From the IMG/VR virus record IMGVR_UViG_3300027754_000034, positions 1 through 64,000 of that record: DNA of 64,000 nucleotides. One strand, given 5' to 3'. Of the stretch, positions 1 through 12,819 are shown in pieces. The notes under the pieces were generated by a model that saw nothing but the letters and a program-made list of their open reading frames with translations, was not told the origin of the DNA and made no database searches. Numbering within the stretch: position 1 is the first letter of the stretch; every line of letters starts with the position of its first letter. The position numbers and the translations under genes were made by a program.

Positions 1-2140
<2,140 letters not shown>

Positions 2141-2180
2141 TTATTAAGAATCTCTTATTGTTTGTACTGTATTTTAAAAT

Positions 2181-2474
2181 ATGAAAACAAGTAAACTCTC
2201 TAGTTTGTTTGAATTTGGATTAATATTTGAGATCAATAGGCAGGTTTTGCATCCCTTGGGATATTCACTAGCATTTAAAAAGGGGGACGAGGAAGAACCT
2301 GACTCATTAGTTCTTCTAAAAACAGATGATGAGGAAGGCTGTTTATTTCCAGAATCCAATTTTATGGATGGTGCTTCTAGGTTTTCCATGTTCATGAGAA
2401 ACCATGGAGAGGAAGCAATTAAAAACCGCGTTCAAAAATTAGGGTTTATTAGACAGACTAGGTCTGATCAGTGA
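2181..2474 (+). CDS. Hypothetical phage protein (GLIFEINRQVLHPLG motif)
   Basis: 97-aa ORF with globular composition; divergent from the collagen gene. Confidence 0.75.
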   Translation: MKTSKLSSLFEFGLIFEINRQVLHPLGYSLAFKKGDEEEPDSLVLLKTDDEEGCLFPESNFMDGASRFSMFMRNHGEEAIKNRVQKLGFIRQTRSDQ

Positions 2475-2644
2475 TATCTATATTTTTACTACTGGTAATT
2501 TCAGTAGGAATTATCGCTTTATTAAGTCGGATTAGTAGTCATTCGCCTCAAAGTCATGACCTACATACTAATAAGCTCAGGCGTTTTTATTTAAACACTG
2601 CTATAGATAATGAAAGATTCTCGCGTCGTGATGAGTATCGTTAA
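2471..2644 (+). CDS. Small single-pass membrane protein, 57 aa (not in ORF track)
   Basis: GTG start overlaps the upstream TGA (GTGA). Translation: MISIFLLLVISVGIIALLSRISSHSPQSHDLHTNKLRRFYLNTAIDNERFSRRDEYR*. Confidence 0.6.
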   Translation: MISIFLLLVISVGIIALLSRISSHSPQSHDLHTNKLRRFYLNTAIDNERFSRRDEYR

Positions 2645-2769
2645 TTTTTTGTCGTCTTTATCTGATTCAGAATGAGATGATTTACCTCGTCCAATAGAGC
2701 AAAAAATCATCACACCACTCAGACACATAACATTATTTAAACTGTTAGTGACGGGAGAAAGAAGAAATT

Positions 2770-3243
2770 ATGAGCAGCATTTCTCGTATATCAAGTTTGA
2801 TCCAGCAACTTGCTTCGACCGATCCTAAAAATCCTGAGGTTGAGGTCATTACAAATATGCTGGTTACCGAACTCGGTTCAGGTCATACAGCTTCTGATTC
2901 GATGAATCCGGACGTGCTTCTTGGGCAAATCAAGAAACTGCACACTGCGGCAGTAGTTCCTGCTGCAAATTATGCTAAGATAGCAAATATTACTGCGGGA
3001 TTAGCCCGTCTTGTCGAAATTTCTCGACGTCCTCAAAATTCGAAAATGCGTCCTCGCGTTGCCCAGATCGTGTCAAGATTGGCTGGGATATTCTCGGAGT
3101 GTGATACTGCCGATGAGTTATCGTCACATTCTCTTCTAGAGATTGAAGAAGCAGTCCATAAGTTATATAGTAATGGCACACTGAATAAGCCCAGCACATA
3201 TAACTTTCAGACCCGTGGTAAGGGACATCACGGCGAGTCTTGA
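2770..3243 (+). CDS. Hypothetical helical protein, possibly virion-associated
   Basis: 157-aa ORF with a purine-rich leader (ggagaaagaagaaatt). Confidence 0.75.
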   Translation: MSSISRISSLIQQLASTDPKNPEVEVITNMLVTELGSGHTASDSMNPDVLLGQIKKLHTAAVVPAANYAKIANITAGLARLVEISRRPQNSKMRPRVAQIVSRLAGIFSECDTADELSSHSLLEIEEAVHKLYSNGTLNKPSTYNFQTRGKGHHGES

Positions 3244-3249
3244 GGTATT

Positions 3250-3846
<597 letters not shown>

Positions 3847-4149
3847 CTACTCTCTAGCTCTTTTAGTTCTTTGGCTTCTATAGATTCGTAGTCTGGCGCA
3901 GTTAGCACAAAGTAGTACGCATTTCGATGCCTCTGATATTATCGTGGATTTCGATTTAATCAGCATTTTTGAAATATTGTGTTGTGCGGCGTTTTCTCTA
4001 ACGAAGTCCATTTGACAATGATGAAATCCTTCGCCGCAATCTTTACATGGGTTTGATTTTAATATATTCAACAATTCCCTAGCTTCAAATTTTCGTCTTG
4101 CATTTTGTTGCTTTCTATGGATTTTTATGCTATCTAAAGAATGATTCAT
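3847..4149 (-). CDS. Small Zn-finger HNH-like protein, probably catalytically inactive
   Basis: CKDCG...MDFVR...ISKM...EASKCVLLCANCARLR matches the small phage HNH pattern CxxC...DFDH...EIxKCxLLCANCHRxR, with both His replaced. Confidence 0.75.
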   Translation of the reverse strand: MNHSLDSIKIHRKQQNARRKFEARELLNILKSNPCKDCGEGFHHCQMDFVRENAAQHNISKMLIKSKSTIISEASKCVLLCANCARLRIYRSQRTKRARE

Positions 4150-4210
4150 ATTTTATAATTAATAAATACATTAACAGATTAATAACTAGTAGTAATTAGA
4201 GGATTTAAAA

Positions 4211-4897
4211 ATGGCAAGACCTAATGACACTTATCTGTACACAGTAGGTAGTAGTCCTAATACAAGAGTAGCTATTTCTCAAAAGAATAGAGTATTTAGT
4301 AAGCCTTACAGTGGCCAGAGTCCCGGCCTTTTTAAACAAGTAGGGGTTCTTGCCACTTTCGACTACACGGAATCCCGATCAATTGATCCGGTTCGAGGGG
4401 TAGGTTTTGGGGATAAAATCGCTGAGTTAGTGCCGGGTGTTACCGACCCAATGGGCATGACCCTGAACCGCACCCTTTTATATACCGCTGGGATTGTTCA
4501 GGAACTAGGATATAAGGGTGGTGTTGATGGTATTGTTCGTTCATTACGCCAGCATAAATGGCCATTTGATATACAATCCGAACTTGTATTTTCAGAGTTA
4601 GTAAACAAGGCTGACAATAATCAGTTTGGGGGTGGGCAAAATGAAATTGGCGGTCCAGGTGGAGGGTTCTCCTTAATAACTTATTTTAAGGGATGCTGGC
4701 TAGAACAATATTCAGTAAGCTTCCCTAGTGATTCTGCAATCGTAATGGAAGATGCCTCTGCTAAGGTCACGGACGTTACGGACGGAACCACACAATACCA
4801 GCCAGGCGATCCTAACTCTTACGGCGAATCTCTCGAATCTGGAAACAACCCATTCTTACAGTCGGGTTCAGGTTCTTTACTCTACGGTCCATTTTAG
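4211..4897 (+). CDS. Putative tail tube protein
   Basis: Strong RBS (gagga). 228 aa, beta-rich, with LNRTLLY, PFDI and ITYFKGCWLEQYSVSF...VMED motifs of tube-fold proteins; lies upstream of chaperone-position genes and tape measure. Confidence 0.7.
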   Translation: MARPNDTYLYTVGSSPNTRVAISQKNRVFSKPYSGQSPGLFKQVGVLATFDYTESRSIDPVRGVGFGDKIAELVPGVTDPMGMTLNRTLLYTAGIVQELGYKGGVDGIVRSLRQHKWPFDIQSELVFSELVNKADNNQFGGGQNEIGGPGGGFSLITYFKGCWLEQYSVSFPSDSAIVMEDASAKVTDVTDGTTQYQPGDPNSYGESLESGNNPFLQSGSGSLLYGPF

Positions 4898-4905
4898 TCA
4901 CCGTA

Positions 4906-4948
4906 ACAACAAAGGCCAATGGGTTTTATACCTGTTGGCCTTTGTTGT
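4906..4948 (+). terminator. 19-bp stem hairpin after the tube gene (terminator or processing site)
   Basis: acaacaaaggccaatgggt / acctgttggcctttgttgt, 2 G-U pairs, 5-nt loop. Confidence 0.75.
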
Positions 4949-4968
4949 GTTTGGTATAGTAATGTGTT

Positions 4969-5877
4969 ATGGAAGATTTTATACTAGAGTTAGAGAATAA
5001 TCTATCGAACGTCGGTGCTAAAAAACTGTGGAAGAGACAAGTAGGAGCCACTTTATTGTGGTTGGCTCCTATTACTTTATCCGGTCAGGAAAGAGTAAAT
5101 GAAGTATTGTCGAATTCTGACTCACTTGGTATGAATGTAGTAAATGAAACTAAACGAGTGACTCTCGCATATGCCATGGTCGGTATAAATGACTTGGACT
5201 TAAGAGAATACCGAGATAGCACCCCCAGATTTCCTCATAAAGGTAAAGATGGTAAAACATTCAAGGTATCCTTGGATAAATATTTATACTTTAAGATGCA
5301 GGATTGGAGTTCTCAATTCATAGATGATGCCTTTAGTATTTACGCTGATTTATTGGAGACTGATCAGAAGGAAAATCTAAAGGGTATAAAATTCGAGAAT
5401 GCTTTGTCGCCCACTGATGAACTTCTCGAACTCGAAAGACGATCTTCGGAGATTCGTCAACAGTTGAATATGCCCTTATTGGTAGAACCACCAAACCTTG
5501 AAGCTAAGGAATATAAATTAACTGACCAAAAAGCAGCGATACTAAAGGAAACTGATTCAAAGCCTGTTGTTGAATTAGATTTCGATCCCTTTGCTCGTGT
5601 AGTGTCTAATCTGGCGTCACCCGCAGAAGAAAAAGCAGACACTGCGGTCAAGGCGGAGGGCGCTCCTGATATGAGTGTGACCTCTCCGGCCCAGAATTTC
5701 ACCGCCACCCCGAAGGGAGCTCCAATGATAGATGTGGAGCTCATCTCTCCCTTTGCTTCGCAAAGCAACACGAATTCGGACGTTATAGATAAACCGTCCG
5801 AAAAATTGACCTCGGCTCCTATAATTGACCCTCAAGTAATAAATGTCAATCCACGCTTTTCACCTCCATTGAGGTAA
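4969..5877 (+). CDS. Putative tail assembly chaperone
   Basis: Position between tube and tape measure; acidic helical N-half and disordered Pro-rich C-half. Confidence 0.5.
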   Translation: MEDFILELENNLSNVGAKKLWKRQVGATLLWLAPITLSGQERVNEVLSNSDSLGMNVVNETKRVTLAYAMVGINDLDLREYRDSTPRFPHKGKDGKTFKVSLDKYLYFKMQDWSSQFIDDAFSIYADLLETDQKENLKGIKFENALSPTDELLELERRSSEIRQQLNMPLLVEPPNLEAKEYKLTDQKAAILKETDSKPVVELDFDPFARVVSNLASPAEEKADTAVKAEGAPDMSVTSPAQNFTATPKGAPMIDVELISPFASQSNTNSDVIDKPSEKLTSAPIIDPQVINVNPRFSPPLR

Positions 5878-5880
5878 AAA

Positions 5881-7017
5881 TTGGAAGATGCGCGCCAAAA
5901 GAAGAATAGTGGGCGCATAGAAGTAAGCGTCCCTAAAAATTATTCTCCAATCGATGATTCTGTTTGGGAAGATGCAGAATCATATATATTTCAAGGATTC
6001 CTAACTAGTCACGCAGTTATTCAGAATCAATTTTTTGTTTTTAAAACTCTGAATCATCTGGAAATGCGCCAGATAGAATTCATGCGGCCTTCTACTAATT
6101 CGGATTTAGAACGCAGAAATTTCTTTAGAGCAGCATTTATTGCCCAAAGTATATTCATAGTAAATGGAAATAATTCTTTAGTAGATCGAGAGAAGAGCAT
6201 TACAAAGTTAGTAAAAGTGATTTCTAAGTTAGGTTCCGCACATCAGGAAAAAATATTCGAAAATCTTAAGTCACTAAATGAACGAGCTTCTCGTGCTTTT
6301 CCTCTTATAGAAATATACTCATTTGAAAACAGGTCAAGATTCAAGTGGCTCCAGCATGGCGGCACCCCCATCAATAGTGTCAATAATACTGGAATCTCAG
6401 GGACGGATTCTTTGGGACTGAATTGGGCGCAGTCTATGTGGACTGCTCTAAATAAAATATATGATAGAAAAGATCAAGATGAAAAAGATTGGCAAAATGC
6501 GAAGTTTATAGGCGGTTGCTTCGCGGGTAAGGGCATAAGGGCCTTAGATGATAAAGATAGGATGAGAGCCGAGAGGGAAAAAAAGGAAAAAGAAGAATTA
6601 AAATTAAAGGTATTAAGACAATACTTAAATCGTTCGACCAAGAAATTAGAATCGCCAGTTGAGACCGTTATACTTCCAGACGGAAGACAGGCGGAAGTAA
6701 TTAATAGATTTAGAGCTGACAGTGCTGAAGATTTGGCTCGTCAGCTTTCATCTGCTTTGAACAATGAAAAAGACTCTCACGATTTAGCGGTAGAAACTCA
6801 TTTTAGGAATGTAAATGGTCGAAGTCTTGAAATCCATAACGAGAGACAAAATCTTATCAATATATCGAGCCATAAACCACTGAATGAAAACTCAGGGTCA
6901 TCTGTTTTAACGAGAAGTGAAGCTGAAGAAAGAGTCAAAAGACTCAAAGATTTATTAATCAGTCCGGAACAACATATTATTCCGGAAATTAAGAATTCAA
7001 GTTCTGATACACGGTGA
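5881..7017 (+). CDS. Putative second tail assembly chaperone (pre-tape-measure protein)
   Basis: TTG start with GAGGT RBS; directly precedes the tape measure gene; charged helical C-half. Confidence 0.5.
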   Translation: MEDARQKKNSGRIEVSVPKNYSPIDDSVWEDAESYIFQGFLTSHAVIQNQFFVFKTLNHLEMRQIEFMRPSTNSDLERRNFFRAAFIAQSIFIVNGNNSLVDREKSITKLVKVISKLGSAHQEKIFENLKSLNERASRAFPLIEIYSFENRSRFKWLQHGGTPINSVNNTGISGTDSLGLNWAQSMWTALNKIYDRKDQDEKDWQNAKFIGGCFAGKGIRALDDKDRMRAEREKKEKEELKLKVLRQYLNRSTKKLESPVETVILPDGRQAEVINRFRADSAEDLARQLSSALNNEKDSHDLAVETHFRNVNGRSLEIHNERQNLINISSHKPLNENSGSSVLTRSEAEERVKRLKDLLISPEQHIIPEIKNSSSDTR

Positions 7018-7024
7018 AATTACG

Positions 7025-10000
7025 ATGGCCGACCGTGAATTAAATATCAATATACCTGTATCTCCTACTTTAGATAGAAAGGCAGTTACAGATTTACGCC
7101 GGGACTTAAGCCAAATGATGAATTCTATCGAGAAGATAGATAATAATATAGGGGGAAAAACCATCAAATCAGCTGCGGCCACAGCAAAACAATTAAAAGA
7201 TATCGCTAAAAGCGCTGCGCAGTTTACAAGTGCCTTATCGAGAGGTACATCAGACGCTTTCAAGGAATTTGATAAATTATCTAAAGAAATAAATCAAAAA
7301 CGGAACGAGGCTAAAAAGTATGCGGAAGAGTTATCAACGTTAGGTGATGATAGTCCTGCAAAAGCCCAGTTGGAAACTAAACTAGCCGAGACAGAAGCTA
7401 AACTAGATGATTTAACGAAATCGGGAAGTGCTTTGATGAAGGGGAATCAAAAGTACTTAAAAGTTGTAAAACTATTAAGCAAGGAACAGGAAAAACAGTT
7501 AAAAAAGGCTAAATCAATGGCTTCTTACGGTAAGGGTGATCTTGCCAAAGGAGTATTCGGAAGCTTAAAAAGAGGTGGTCCCGGTGCTGTTGCGGGGGTA
7601 GCAGAAGCACTAGGTGAGGGTATGTTATCGAGTCGTTCTCGAAAAGCTTTAGCTGCAAAGCGAGAAGAAAAGCGCCTCACCAAATTATCAAGGAGACAAT
7701 TAAAAGCAGGAGACGTAGCTGGGTCCGAATCATCATCATTGGCTGCTGCCTCTTCCGGTGCTCAAGCAGCTAAATTACTAGCTAGTTTAGGCCCCATGGC
7801 GCTTGCAATAGCCGGGACCGTAGCTGCTGTAGGAGGTCTTGCCTATGGATTGGTCAAGGCTAGTCAGTATATATCGGGTCTCAATAAATCACTGGTTGAA
7901 AATATTCCAACCGTAGCTGATTCTACTTATTCTACTAGTAATTATACTAAAGCGTTGGACGAAATGCGGACCTCGTTGCTTGAAAATGAAGAAACTATTA
8001 ATATGTTAGGAGGTACTCTAGAACAGTCAGCAAAGGGTGCCAATGCCTTCAGCACTGGTGTTGGTGGCTTTGTGCGAGGATATAATTTAATCGAGCAAAT
8101 GGATGGGGGGATGAAGGCTTTTCAGACAAATTTAATCGTATATGGGAAAAGTTTAGGAATGACTACTGAGGAAGTAGGAACCCGAATAGCTTCATTTTAT
8201 ACTGATTATGGTTACGGTGCTAAATCTGCAAATGATATGTTCGTGGCATTAATAGATAATGCTCGTGCTGCTAATATGCCGGTTAATAAATTCATGAACA
8301 TATTTGACGAAACTATTCCTGGGCTCAGTTTATATACGAATAGGATGGAAGAACTTACCAATATCATGAGAATGCTTAGTAAAACTATGAGTCCGGACCA
8401 AGTTCGTCAATTCATGCAAGCCCTTGGGCGTGGGTTTAAGGGCAAAGGTCCCATGGATAGACTCCATGATGTCTTAATAGCTGGCCAAGAAAAGTCAGGA
8501 GAATTTAAAATGTCCGGCATACTTAAAGAAGATTTCGCTGGAAAAATGACAGACCTTACAAGGGATATGGGTGATGAGTTATCCGTAAGTCTTCGCCGAG
8601 CCTTTGCTTCAGGTAACGAAACAGAATTCTTACGAGCCATCAAAAAAGCAGAAACAAACCCAACAATACCACCTGCAAAATTGGGTGCGTTAAAGGATAC
8701 ATTTTATGCTGAAAAGATGAGACAAAAGGGAGACCCCCTGAGTTTAGCTACGGCTGCAAAAGCAGGTAGTACTGTGTCATTAGTCAAAAGTATACAAGCT
8801 AAGGGTCAAAATATATTTGGTGATAAATTCGATCGATTTCAAGGAATTTCGGAAATTGCAGGCCAGAAAATCGGAATTAGCAGTGAGGAACAGGAGGCTT
8901 ATAATAGTATGATTGCGGCGATAAAAGAAAACATGGTAGCCATCCATGATAATGGTACGACACAATCTCGTGCGCTTGATAAAGCGTTAGCTGAACAAGT
9001 AGGTAGAAGGCTAGGAAAAAACCCCCTCGATCTTACTCTCCAAGAATTCCAGACTGCTACACAAGATGATATGTTAAAGGCGTTATCATATCATCAAGAG
9101 AACTTAAATAAAATGGATGATGATAAAGACATACAAAAACTTATACGTGATAAAACTACCTCTATAGATGAGAAAATAACTCAGGTTATAGCCAGACTTC
9201 TTCATAAAATATCCGAAACTGTGATGAATATATATGATAAAATAAGCAGTTGGTTTACTTCGTCTACAGCCGTCGATAAAAGTGAAAAACGTTATATTCC
9301 TAAATTAGAATCATATAGAGAACAGTATATGGCTCTAGATGATAAAGATGTAAAAAATAAAGGAATGATATCGAAATCAGAATATAGTGGTGTGTATAGA
9401 CGTGCCATTGAACTAGCGGGCACGGATTTAGGCAGAGATAAATTAGGAAATTCGCAAGTAGTAATGCAAAAGGCAGTTGAAGAAACGTTTGATACCAATA
9501 TTTTGAAGAATTTAGATGCAGACCAATTGCGTTCTGTCGGCATAAGTCCCGATCAATTTATAAAGGGGACTTTTACCCAACAAGAAGATGGTAGTCTTAA
9601 AAAAGAAGAATTAAATCTCCTTGATGTAATGAAGAGAGGAGAATTCGGATATCTTAGTCCCAGAGAATTTTTAGCTCTAGCTGAAATACCAGGCATGAAA
9701 CTTGGTCGCGGTGCCTCCAGTAGAGGAACACATAATTATGACATGCCCGTGGAGAAGATAAAGCCTAAAGCAGAAGCTGATGATACAATAAGAGATGTAG
9801 AAGCTCATAAAGCGAAATTCGCGGAAGGCGGGTTTGGGATGGCTTCGGGAGCTAATAGCTCGTCGTTTGGTGCCAATGCGATGTCGAGTTTTATGAAGGT
9901 GTTTCAAAGCGTTGGCAGTGTTTTTGGTGGTTCGCCTGTTGGCACAGGCTCAACAACCGCAGAAAGTCCTGTTGCAAAAACCGCCGAATCTACAGCTGAT

Positions 10001-10498
10001 ACAGCTGATACCCTAAATAAGGGAGTCGTAAATGAAATAGGTAATGTGGCTGAACTAGTGGGCAAGAATGCAAATGCATTTTTTGCGTCAATGAAGGAAG
10101 CGGTCCGAGGAGGCGTTGAAGTGCCTTTATATGACCATGCTTTATTTTTAGCCAAGATCCAAGCCGACCCTGATTATGCTAAACTTGGGACTGCTAAAAA
10201 TTTACCTCCCCAGGGACTTCATGTGCTTTCAGGTTTTTTCAAAAATGATGGAGAAACTTTTGATGATGCATTCTCCAGAACATTTAATAATACGCCGCAA
10301 TTTGCTGATGGTGGAGTGATGCCACACACGGGTTTGGCTTTGCTTCATGCTGGAGAAATTGTGACCAACCCGGCGAAGGGTCAAAGTACTGGTCCCGCTT
10401 CCGTAGTGATTAACTTACCATTTATGTCGAATGCTACTCCCGGACAAGTTGCTCGGGCTGTGGCTGGAGAAATGTACCGAATTTTCAATATTAAGTGA
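7025..10498 (+). CDS. Tail tape measure protein
   Basis: 1157 aa, helical and Ala/Lys/Gly-rich, one hydrophobic segment (LGPMALAIAGTVAAVGGLAYGLV), C-terminal FADGGVMPHTGLALLHAGEIV typical of tape measure ends. Confidence 0.85.
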   Translation: MADRELNINIPVSPTLDRKAVTDLRRDLSQMMNSIEKIDNNIGGKTIKSAAATAKQLKDIAKSAAQFTSALSRGTSDAFKEFDKLSKEINQKRNEAKKYAEELSTLGDDSPAKAQLETKLAETEAKLDDLTKSGSALMKGNQKYLKVVKLLSKEQEKQLKKAKSMASYGKGDLAKGVFGSLKRGGPGAVAGVAEALGEGMLSSRSRKALAAKREEKRLTKLSRRQLKAGDVAGSESSSLAAASSGAQAAKLLASLGPMALAIAGTVAAVGGLAYGLVKASQYISGLNKSLVENIPTVADSTYSTSNYTKALDEMRTSLLENEETINMLGGTLEQSAKGANAFSTGVGGFVRGYNLIEQMDGGMKAFQTNLIVYGKSLGMTTEEVGTRIASFYTDYGYGAKSANDMFVALIDNARAANMPVNKFMNIFDETIPGLSLYTNRMEELTNIMRMLSKTMSPDQVRQFMQALGRGFKGKGPMDRLHDVLIAGQEKSGEFKMSGILKEDFAGKMTDLTRDMGDELSVSLRRAFASGNETEFLRAIKKAETNPTIPPAKLGALKDTFYAEKMRQKGDPLSLATAAKAGSTVSLVKSIQAKGQNIFGDKFDRFQGISEIAGQKIGISSEEQEAYNSMIAAIKENMVAIHDNGTTQSRALDKALAEQVGRRLGKNPLDLTLQEFQTATQDDMLKALSYHQENLNKMDDDKDIQKLIRDKTTSIDEKITQVIARLLHKISETVMNIYDKISSWFTSSTAVDKSEKRYIPKLESYREQYMALDDKDVKNKGMISKSEYSGVYRRAIELAGTDLGRDKLGNSQVVMQKAVEETFDTNILKNLDADQLRSVGISPDQFIKGTFTQQEDGSLKKEELNLLDVMKRGEFGYLSPREFLALAEIPGMKLGRGASSRGTHNYDMPVEKIKPKAEADDTIRDVEAHKAKFAEGGFGMASGANSSSFGANAMSSFMKVFQSVGSVFGGSPVGTGSTTAESPVAKTAESTADTADTLNKGVVNEIGNVAELVGKNANAFFASMKEAVRGGVEVPLYDHALFLAKIQADPDYAKLGTAKNLPPQGLHVLSGFFKNDGETFDDAFSRTFNNTPQFADGGVMPHTGLALLHAGEIVTNPAKGQSTGPASVVINLPFMSNATPGQVARAVAGEMYRIFNIK

Positions 10499-11103
10499 AC
10501 ATGCCTGGACCATCCATAAAATACCCCAGATACTCGGGCGGACTATTACCACAGGATTACCAAGGAGGTAAACCTATACTATTTACTGTAGCTCAATTTG
10601 GCGGCACAGACCCCATGTATGACGTAGCCCTCGCATTGTATGTGAACCCTAGTGAACTATCTGAAACTTATACGAAATCCAAAAATGTGGTGATGACTTA
10701 TGGGGGGTTTGTCGAATGGGTGTGGCCCGATGAAATATCGAGCGTTTCTGCTAGTGGTTCTACAGGAGGTTTCATAAGTCCCTCGCAAGGATACACTGCA
10801 GCTTCTTCTAAACAGGTGGGAGCTTTCGGGGCATTGACGGGGAGAAGAGGAACACTAGCATATGAACGGTTTACTGATTTATTGGAATTATTTAGGTCTA
10901 ATGGAATGGTGTATGATTCAGATGGTACTCCCGTTGTGCGTTCGACTGTTTTAATGATTTGGGATAAAGGTGTATATAATGGACACTTCAGCACCTTTAG
11001 TATAAATGAGGATGATGTTAATCCCTTCACCTTAAATCTGTCCTGGGAATTTAAAATAGAGAGCGTTGTTTATAAAATATTAGGGAACCCTAGAGAAAGA
11101 TGA
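10495..11103 (+). CDS. Tail tube initiator / baseplate hub-proximal tube-fold protein
   Basis: LYVNPSELSETY...GHFSTFSINED...PFTLNLSWEF; coupled to the tape measure gene by a GTGA overlap. Confidence 0.65.
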   Translation: MNMPGPSIKYPRYSGGLLPQDYQGGKPILFTVAQFGGTDPMYDVALALYVNPSELSETYTKSKNVVMTYGGFVEWVWPDEISSVSASGSTGGFISPSQGYTAASSKQVGAFGALTGRRGTLAYERFTDLLELFRSNGMVYDSDGTPVVRSTVLMIWDKGVYNGHFSTFSINEDDVNPFTLNLSWEFKIESVVYKILGNPRER

Positions 11104-12818
11104 CTAATCAAAGCAATCAGAGCGGTGGTTTTAATATTTCTCAGTTATATACTCAGAATACATATTTTAATATTACTGGTTTTCTTGATAATTTAAATAA
11201 GAACAGTGTTATAGCTCATGAAGCGGTGAATGAATCATTTTATTCAATAGTATCAACAAATAGACATGCTTCAGACCGTCCTTTTATCATAGGATTCATC
11301 CCCCCAGATTTCAATATAAACTTTATTCCTTATATATCAAAATTAGGGAAAAAAGTAGCAGCTACCACCTCCAAAGGTGTACAAATAAAACAGCCTAATG
11401 CTAAAACAGGCCAAAATACAATACTTACACAGCAGGAAATTTCGGCACAAGTAGCAGTAGCATCTAAAGGATTCAAGTTTAGTTTACTTAAACAGTGGAC
11501 CGATGAAGATTTTGACTCCATTGTAGGTGAATTGGCTGGAAAGGTGCCACAAATGGACCCTGTTGATTTATGGTGGGGAATAGCTGCCGAGTCTGCGTTT
11601 AATCCTAATGCAGTTAATTGGGGGGGAGATAAGACTAAGCAGACACCTAGTGCTGCTGGCTTAATCCAATTTAACCCTGGTGGGCCTATTCAAAAAAAAG
11701 AAGACGCTGGAAAAGCGTTGGGGCCAGGAGAAATTATGACTTATGATGATTGGTTAACCATTAAGGATAAATCTGTTTCTGAACAGGCCCCCTATATAGC
11801 TGACTATTTCGCAATAAAGGCAAAGGCCAAGAAGAAGGGGAGCAGCGATTCCCTTTATCCTTTTCAAGATCCATGGAACGTATACGCAGCCGTTAACGGT
11901 GGTTCTTATGATGCGACTTCTCCTGACGAGCAAATAATTTATCCTGCTGGATCGGCTGCGGCTAATGGGAATAAGGCATATCAAGATGATGATGGTAATG
12001 TGACGGTCGGACAGGTAAAGGATACTGTAGGTACTCTCTATCCTCGTTCCGGGGCAGGTTGGGATTATTGGAAACAAAACGTTAGAGCTGCTCAGGAAAG
12101 GTTAAAATCCGGACCACCTACTCGTGATTTCGTAGACTCTAGAACTCCTGGTGCTCAGGGGTTAGGAGTGGCTGGCGGAATTATGACGAGTATAAATATA
12201 ATAGATAAACCTGAAGATCCTTATGCAGCGTACGGTAGAAACTTGTTGGTAGATGACGGCAGGAAAAAGTATACAGATGCCGTAGTAAGAGAATTAAATC
12301 AACAAGTGGAGCGGGTCTCTGCCACTCCTTCATTATTATTATACATAAATCCAACTTCCTTTAACAGATCTCATCAGCATACCATAGATTATGCAGGTGG
12401 TTGGAGAGGTAATATTATAAGTATGTGGCTAGAACAGCCCATACAAATTCAAGGATCCGGAACTACTTCTGGTCAATATGTGGTTGATTCTCTCGGAAAC
12501 GGCGGAATTACTAATACGAATAGAATATATAGTTTATCATATGCAAATCTTCAGTCAATGCTAATGATGTATCAAAATAATGGTTGGATATATTCAGGAG
12601 AATTATACAATGCATCTAACAAGGGAGTTCCCGTTATTGGGATGTCGATTTTTATATATTATGATGGTCACATTTACATTGGTTCCTTCGATTCATTTAA
12701 AATCAGTGATAATGCTTTAAAGCCTTTTAGCTTAGACTATGATTTTACTTTTACGGTAAGATATGATGTAGCTTTGTTGGATTCTGTAGGAGAAGCTAAC
12801 GCTCAAGGAATTCCGTAA
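11100..12818 (+). CDS. Tube-initiator-like protein carrying a lysozyme-like / lytic transglycosylase domain
   Basis: Central IAAESAFNPNAVN...AAGLIQF (SLT-like motifs with catalytic Glu). C-terminal LYINPTSF...GSFDSFKISDNALKPFSLDYDFTF is paralogous to the preceding gene. Confidence 0.75.
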   Translation: MTNQSNQSGGFNISQLYTQNTYFNITGFLDNLNKNSVIAHEAVNESFYSIVSTNRHASDRPFIIGFIPPDFNINFIPYISKLGKKVAATTSKGVQIKQPNAKTGQNTILTQQEISAQVAVASKGFKFSLLKQWTDEDFDSIVGELAGKVPQMDPVDLWWGIAAESAFNPNAVNWGGDKTKQTPSAAGLIQFNPGGPIQKKEDAGKALGPGEIMTYDDWLTIKDKSVSEQAPYIADYFAIKAKAKKKGSSDSLYPFQDPWNVYAAVNGGSYDATSPDEQIIYPAGSAAANGNKAYQDDDGNVTVGQVKDTVGTLYPRSGAGWDYWKQNVRAAQERLKSGPPTRDFVDSRTPGAQGLGVAGGIMTSINIIDKPEDPYAAYGRNLLVDDGRKKYTDAVVRELNQQVERVSATPSLLLYINPTSFNRSHQHTIDYAGGWRGNIISMWLEQPIQIQGSGTTSGQYVVDSLGNGGITNTNRIYSLSYANLQSMLMMYQNNGWIYSGELYNASNKGVPVIGMSIFIYYDGHIYIGSFDSFKISDNALKPFSLDYDFTFTVRYDVALLDSVGEANAQGIP

Positions 12819-12819
12819 T

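Noticed and set aside
5860-5890. Lambda G/GT-type frameshift or readthrough between the two chaperone-position genes
   Set aside because: Both genes are in the same frame, no slippery heptamer is evident, and the second has its own GAGGT RBS and TTG start.
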